Assembly: GCF_009914755.1 (NCBI RefSeq)
Contig: NC_060939.1
DNA length: 64,000 nucleotides
Reading direction: 5' to 3' (one strand)
From: the human T2T-CHM13v2.0 reference genome, Homo sapiens
Below the pieces are notes generated by a model. It ran no database searches and was not told the origin of the DNA. It saw nothing but the letters and a program-made list of their open reading frames with translations. Of this stretch, positions 57,655 through 64,000 are shown one piece after another (position 1 is the stretch's first letter; each line of letters begins with the position of its first letter). Made by a program: the position numbers and the translations under genes.

Positions 57655-57812
57655 AGCTTTTTTACTCAAAGTGCAGGCAAGTGGACAAGCAGCATCAGCA
57701 TCAGCTGGTAGTTGGGTAAAAATGAAGATGCTCAGACCCCGCTGAATCAACATCTGTGGTTTAATAAGCTCCTCAGGTGATTTCTACGCACAAAAACATT
57801 TGAGAAGCACAT
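57655..57812. mobile_element. MER5A-like fossil
   Basis: ctcaaagtg...agcagcatcagcatcagctgg...ctcagacccc...ctcctcaggtgatttctacgcac...tttgagaagcac. Confidence 0.7.
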
Positions 57813-58453
57813 CTTTGGAAGAGATCCCTAAATTTAGTGTAATTGAATCCTTAACATAATTCTATTGCTAAATGTTTACCCAAAGTATTACCAACTCATA
57901 TTTCTATAATCACTAAATGGATGAACTTCCTACCCCATCTTCCCATATCAGATATTTTTTCTAACAAACTGATGGGTGGAAGATGTTATCTCCTTGTAGT
58001 TTTAAGATTCATTTCCCTAATTACTACTGAGGTTGTACATCATCTCAATAAGGGTTTCCCCAATTAAGGAACTGTGAACTGCCTATTTGTATCCTTTCCT
58101 CATTTTCTTGTGTGTGTCTTTCTCTCTCTATCTATATATCTAGACATAGATATATATAGATAGATAGATGTGTGTGTGTGTGTGTGTGTGTAGTTACTCT
58201 TTTCTTGATTTGTGGGAGTTTGTTATTTATTCTCTATGCAAATTCTTTGTTATATATATATGCATTGAAATGATGTCATCTCAAGATACTGTTTGTCTTT
58301 TAACTTTGTATACAGTACTCATAGATTTTTTTTTAAATTAATGTATTCAAATGTATTCACCTTTCCCTTTATGTTACTTAAATCTGTATGTTAAGAGATA
58401 TTTTCCTCCTCAATGTCAGGATATTACCTTTTCCTTTAAAAGTACTACGTTTA

Positions 58454-58552
58454 GGGCTGGACGTGGCCGAGATCGTGACACTGCACTCCAGCCTGGGTGA
58501 CACAGTGAGAATCTGTCTCAAAATAATAATAATAATAATAATAAATATAAGA
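58454..58552 (+). mobile_element. 99-bp internally deleted Alu with perfect 17-bp TSD
   Basis: TSD taaaagtactacgttta at 58437-58453 and 58553-58569. Confidence 0.9.
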
Positions 58553-58569
58553 TAAAAGTACTACGTTTA

Positions 58570-59235
58570 ATAAATCTCCCTTACAGAAGAATTACGAATA
58601 CTTTACGCAGAGACTCCTCACTCAAGGACGTAGAGTTTCACTTCCCCCCACCCCTTGAGTGTACACTGTTATTGGCTTACTTCCAAAGTATACGGAAAGA
58701 GGGAGAATGTAGTTTTGCAGTGGAGAAAACTGACAAACACCATCTCAGCCAGGTAATGAGGGTTAGCATCATCAGTGTTAAGTCATGTGATAAGCATGCA
58801 CTCTTTAAGTGAAGTGATGAGAATGGCCTTTCACCTCTGTGGTCTTCCTTCCCAATATCCCAACTGACAGCCAAAATTGAGAGATATTCTACATGAAACC
58901 TGACCATCAAGGTAATCAAGGACAAGGAAAGTCTAAGAAACTGTCAGAGATCATAGAAGGCTAAGAAGACATGATAACTAAATGTAAAGTGGTGTTCTGG
59001 ATGTGGTCCAGGAATGGAGAAAGGACATTTGGGGGAAACTGATGAAATCAGAGTATAGTATTGAACTTAATTAAGAATAATGTACCTACACTCATTTCTT
59101 ACTTGTGACAAATGTATCATGGTGATATAGAATGATTACAATAGGAGAAACTGGATGAGAGATATAAGGGAATGCTCGGTACCACTGTTATAACTTCTAT
59201 ATGTCTAAAGCTATTTTAAAATAAAAAGCTGATTT
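58570..59235 (+). mobile_element. Old L1 (L1MC-like) 3' UTR fragment
   Basis: cagtggagaaaactgacaaacaccatctcagccagg...gacaaggaaagtctaagaaactgtca...gacatgataactaaatgtaa. Confidence 0.7.
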
Positions 59236-59556
59236 AAAATAGAAAGTTATACTTTAAATTTTCATTCAGAATTTATAATTTAATGGTGTTTAGGGAAGAC
59301 GTTGATTTTTGTTTATTGATCCTATATTAGCAAATTTGCTGGACTCCCTAATTAGTTCTAATGATTATTTTATAAATACCCTTTGATGTTCTATGTAGGG
59401 TGATCAGAATCTTCACAATAAGGATAATCTGTCTTTCCAATTCTTTTATTTCTTTTATCTTATTGAAGTGGCTAGCATTACAAGAATATTACTGAATAAA
59501 AGTCATACATAATAACAAACATGCTTATCATTATATTTTTTTCATGTGTTTCATAC

Positions 59557-60549
59557 TTTTTTTTATTTTTATTTTTTTTAGAGAGGGTCTGGCTCTGTCA
59601 CCCAGGCTGGAGTGCAGTGGTGCAATCTTGGCTCACTGCAACTTTCACCTCCTGGGTCCAACAGTGGAGAAATAGGAATACTTTTACACTGTTGGTGGGA
59701 CTATAAACTAGTTCAACCATTGTGGAAGACAGTGTGGCAATTCCTCAAGGATCTAGAACTAGAGATACCATTTGATCCAGCCATCCCATTACTGGGTATA
59801 TACCCAAAGGATTATAAATCATGCTGCTATAAAGACACATGCACACGTATGTTTATTGTGTTACTATTCACAATAGTGAAGACTTGGAACCAACCCAAAT
59901 GTCCATCAATGATAGACTGGATTAAGAAAATGCAGCACATATACACCATGGAATACTAAGCAGCCATAAAAAATGATGTGTTCATTTCCTTTGCAGGGAC
60001 ATGGATGAAGCTGGAAACCATCATTCTCAGCAAACTATCGCAAGGACAAAAAACCAAACACCACATGTTCTCACTCATAGGTGGGAATCGAACAATGAGA
60101 ACACTTGGACACAGGAAGGGGAACATCACACACTGGGGCCTGTTGTGGAGTTGGGGGAGGGGGAGGAATAGCATTAGGAGATATACCTAATGTAAATGAC
60201 GAGTTAATGGGTGCAGCACACCAACATGGCACATGTATACATATGTAACAAACCTGCACGTTGTGCACATGTACCCTAGAACTTAAAGTATAAAAAAAAA
60301 GTCCAAGAAAATAAATCATATAGATCTAGTGCTGACACGAAAAAAAAAAAGAGATTCTCATGCCTCAGCCACTTAAGTAGCTGGGATTACAGGTGCACAC
60401 TACCACACTTGGCTAATTTTTGTATTTTTAGTAGAGATGTGGTTTCACCATGTTGGCCAGACTGGTCTATAACTCCTGACCTCAAGGGATGCGCCCACCT
60501 CAGCCTCCCAAAGTGCTGGGATTACAGGTGTGAGCCATCATGCCTGGGC
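59557..60549 (-). mobile_element. Alu split in two (59557-59661 and 60351-60549) by an L1 insertion
   Basis: ...cctcctgggtccaa | L1 | gagattctcatgcctcagcc... rejoins as continuous Alu consensus. TSD-like tgtttca on both flanks. Confidence 0.93.
59664..60300 (+). mobile_element. 5'-truncated primate L1 (L1PA-type, not L1HS-Ta): end of ORF2, 3'UTR and poly(A)
   Basis: ORF track shows the ORF2 C-terminus (LLHCWWDYKLVQPLWK...MKLETIILSKLSQGQKTKHHMFSLIGGN) with an internal stop. Ends gtaccctagaacttaaagtataaaaaaaaa. Confidence 0.97.
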
Positions 60550-61854
60550 TTGTTTCAAGATTTTTCACTTTAATTCATTTTGAGTGAAAAGAATTTTTTC
60601 TGGTTTTCTTTGTTTTTTCCCTTTTCCTTTTCTTCTCACTCATATTGTCTAATTTGTTGCTGCTGTTGCTGTTACCTCCATCTAGCTTCCTGGGACTTCA
60701 ATTATAAACCAAATCCTATAATAATGACTTGGAGTCCTCCTACAAGGGTAATACTGAGGGTAGAGTACAACAGTCTTCAGCTAGTTGAGCGGCTTAAGTC
60801 AGTTCATGGTCTCAAAGCTACAACTTTATCGTCTCTCTCCCACTTCCTCAGGCTCACAGGTTCCTATTAGGAACCCAGATAGGGGTCAGCCACATTATCT
60901 TTTCAGACTCTTTTCTTCACTATCCCCACCCCAAGACTTGAAGCAGTGAGTCTAGCTCTGATCCTCTGACAATGTGGAGCACATACCGTTCTGCAGATAC
61001 CCTCCAGAGCTAAATTCCTGCCCTGACTTTTTGATTCTAGACTTGGAACCCAGCGTAACAATGAATGTAACTCTGCACATCACTTTTTATTTCTGTACCA
61101 TTTCTTGTTCACAGATTATTTATCTTGTTTTGGGGCCCAGCCATGTCTTTTTATAATTTTTGTCATTGTTACATATTTGGAGCAGAGGAGGAAACTAAAG
61201 CACAAACTTATGGTACCATCCTGACCAGAGCCCAATTATTTGCCTTTCTATATTGGAGAAAAATTTATTTTGTTTCCAAAACTAACCCTTTAACTGATAC
61301 CTTCAATATTATCTCCAACTTCCTTCTTCAATTATTTCCTGTCTCTTCAACATCTTCTGCCTTTGCTGTTATATTCCCTTTTGTACAGAAATCTATATAT
61401 GTTTATCTCTATCTTTGGGTATGTGCACACATACCAAACAAATGTATGCCCACACTCTCAGTCTCTTACCTAGTAAATGATGGAGCAATGTCCCCCACTT
61501 TACCATACCATTTGTTTTCATCCCATTTTCTTAGTTCCTTTGGATACCAACAATTTGCATAACTTAATTCCAACCCTAACCTCCACTGTTTTGCAGATCA
61601 TTCATGATTACATTCCCATAATCCAAGTTCTAATCCTTTTACAAAACTGACCTCTTGAAGGTCACCAATGGTTACCCCATGACTAGATTTTCTCCACTCT
61701 TTGATCATTTTACCTTGTTCATTCCACAGAATGTGGCACCTTGACCATCCCACACCCCCCATGACACCTAGAGTACTGTACCATCCTCATCATTTTCCTA
61801 CCTTTCTGCTCCCTTTCTTTCTGTTGGCTTCTCTTCCTTCACTGGTCCCTATGC

Positions 61855-62052
61855 TAGTTTCTCAAGCATCAGTCTTTTCACCCCTGGCTACATAAGGTTT
61901 GGATCTCAGACTGACAGCAACAGGATCACCAGGAGTTTGTCAGAAATGCAGCATCTCAGGCTCCATCCAAAACCTACCGGATTGGGATCTGCATTTTAAC
62001 AGAATCCTCAGATGATTTCTATGCAGAGTAAAATGTGGGAAATGCTGCTCTA
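61855..62052. mobile_element. MER5A-like fossil
   Basis: cagcaacaggatcaccaggagtttgtcagaaatgcagcatctcaggctcc...tctgcattttaacagaatcctcagatgatt. Confidence 0.7.
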
Positions 62053-63229
62053 GCCGTCTGCTCCTCTCTCCATCTCCCTGTACCCTCCATCATTAATGTC
62101 CATCTCCTGTGCGGTGACTTCTAGCCCTTTATCTCCAGCACAAACTTTCTTCTGAATTTTATTCTCACAATGGCAGCTGGCTTCTTGGCATTCCCATTAT
62201 TGTGCATCATAACAACAAACTCAACATTTCTACAATCCCCATCCCAAACAATTTCCCTTTCTGACAGGCCAATTCTCTAAAGTCATATCATGCTTATAAT
62301 TACCTAAGTTCAAACTCTTGGAGTCATCTTCATTTCTTGCCAGTGCCTTTCTAATTCCCCATATCAAACACCTGATTTCAATGATTTGTTTTGGAATATC
62401 TCATGAACACATTCTTTAATTTAGATCCCCACTTTAGCAAAGCATGGCAGAAAAGTTGAGAGATAGTAACTTTAAGTAAATTACTTAACTTCCCTAAGCC
62501 TCAGTTTCCCCTTCTGAGGATATCTGAGGATATCTTTGTCTATCTCCCAGATGCTGTTGTGATTTTTTTTTTTAATTTTAAAGGCACCCAGGTCAGTATC
62601 TGGCACATGGCACACACTAGATGATGAACAAATCTTGGCTTATGCTTCCTCATCACTCAACCCTATTTTAGGGCCACTGTTTGGGGGCTTCTTAACATGT
62701 TTCCCAGCTTCCAGTCCTTAAGTTAATCCATTTTATGTATTATTGTCCAATCATATCAATAAAAATTCCATTCACCAATCACTCAGAAGCCACCAGTGAC
62801 TTGAAAGTGCCACTGTGTGATGCCCAAACAGCTTAGGCTGCCATCCTGATATTGACATACTCTATCTCCAGCCAACCATTTGGTCTCATCATCTACTCCT
62901 TCCCTACTCACACTCTCTTGTTCACATAAACTCTGACCACACTGTATGCCTTTCAGCTTCTGTCCTCACTTCCACAGTATTCCACTGTCCTGAATGCTTA
63001 TCTTCTAATTTATTTTTCTCATCCAATTGCCGTTCAATCCTTTCACCCCCAGCTCAGACTCCACTCTCTGTATAAGCCACTTGGCAGTTAATTGTTCATT
63101 TCTGTTTGATAATTCTTCTCCTCTTACCTGGAACTGTTTCAGACGCATACACTACAATGAAATGGTTCATGGATTTATTTTTCATTTCTTAATAAGACTA
63201 TTTGGAAAAAAAAACCAACAACCAATATC

Positions 63230-63460
63230 TATAAGCACTTTCACTTGCCCAGGCAATGAGCAAAGTGCTGTGCATGGATTTTCTAATCTGACCTTCTCAG
63301 CATCCCTATGAGGGGAGAACTGGTATGGCCCCTGGTTTGTGGATGCAGAAATGAAGGGGCAGAGATGCTCAGTAATTCATGCCAAGTTGCCCTGTTAATG
63401 GGAGGCAGAGCCAGGACTTGAATCCAGGTTTTGCCATCTCAGCTCCCATGTTCTTAACCC
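63230..63460 (-). mobile_element. MIR SINE
   Basis: gatgcagaaatgaaggggcagaga...agtaattcatgccaag...ggcagagccaggacttgaatccagg. Confidence 0.65.
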
Positions 63461-64000
63461 CCTCTATATGTAGATGCCAAGGGCAGGAAACAAATCCAAC
63501 AGCTCTCTCTATTTCCCATGTGATAGATACGGATTTCAGACAATTGAAGTCTTGTTTTTTCAGAACCATGTAATCTGACTTGTGTGTGTGTGATCTGTAC
63601 AACAATATGCCACATTATCTTCAGGCTGCACTACAGTATCTTGGCACTTGCAAAGCATTTCTCCTTCTAAGGACTTTAAAAATGATTATGTTACTTTCAA
63701 AATAACTCTGAGGTAAGGAAAGAAAAAAAATATCTTAACATCAATGCCTCCTACCCTGACTTGGCCATATGGCTCCTGGAACCAACATCTTCAAGTCCCA
63801 ACTGCTACCCCAGGGTGCTCAACTTCCCTTGGAGTCATGGCCGTACCATTTAGGATATGATGAGCAAAAGACAAAAGTCAGAATCTGGCAGGAAATGCAA
63901 TCAGTAAAGTCCACATTCCAGGGTGGTATCAATTTTAAGCAGATTATCTAAGATCAAGATGTGGCTAATAGGATCAGATAGCTGGCTCATTCTAAATTTA

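Larger units (their letters stand above)
56900..58430 (-). mobile_element. Old L1 (L1ME-like) fragments interrupted by MER58/MER5
   Basis: agatttatccatgttgatacatgtagct...; gttttaagattcatttccctaattactactgaggttg..., typical of antisense old L1. Confidence 0.6.

Noticed and set aside
59612-60190. ORFs with reverse-transcriptase-element similarity as an active gene
   Set aside because: 5'-truncated L1 ORF2 remnant with an internal stop and a mutated terminal codon.

Overview
This is human (or very closely related primate) genomic DNA lying entirely inside NTRK3 (TrkC), which is transcribed on the minus strand. It holds three tyrosine-kinase exons of full-length TrkC (11270-11400, 3659-3831, and the first 81 nt of the next exon at 1-81). 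It also holds the two alternative exons of the kinase-less truncated isoform TrkC.T1 (51869-52003, and 50106 to about 48010 including a ~2 kb 3'UTR). The rest is intron with the usual Alu, L1, L2, MIR and DNA-transposon fossils, microsatellites, and the intronic hairpin MIR11181. No prokaryotic-type system (CRISPR, IS element, operon) is present, and almost all ORFs in the supplied track are spurious. The most notable untested hypothesis is a CpG/GC-box-rich patch at ~23.1-23.8 kb containing a strong-Kozak ATG and a phase-1 splice donor; splicing it to the first kinase exon would give an in-frame, kinase-only TrkC. Other points of interest are the MIR-derived T1 exon, a near-full-length miR-125b complement that a proximal poly(A) signal could remove, an L1 3' transduction nested inside an Alu, a 99-bp internally deleted Alu with a perfect 17-bp TSD, and a 93-bp tandem duplication carrying hairpins. 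Exon boundaries were read base by base. Repeat family calls and their boundaries are by eye and approximate.
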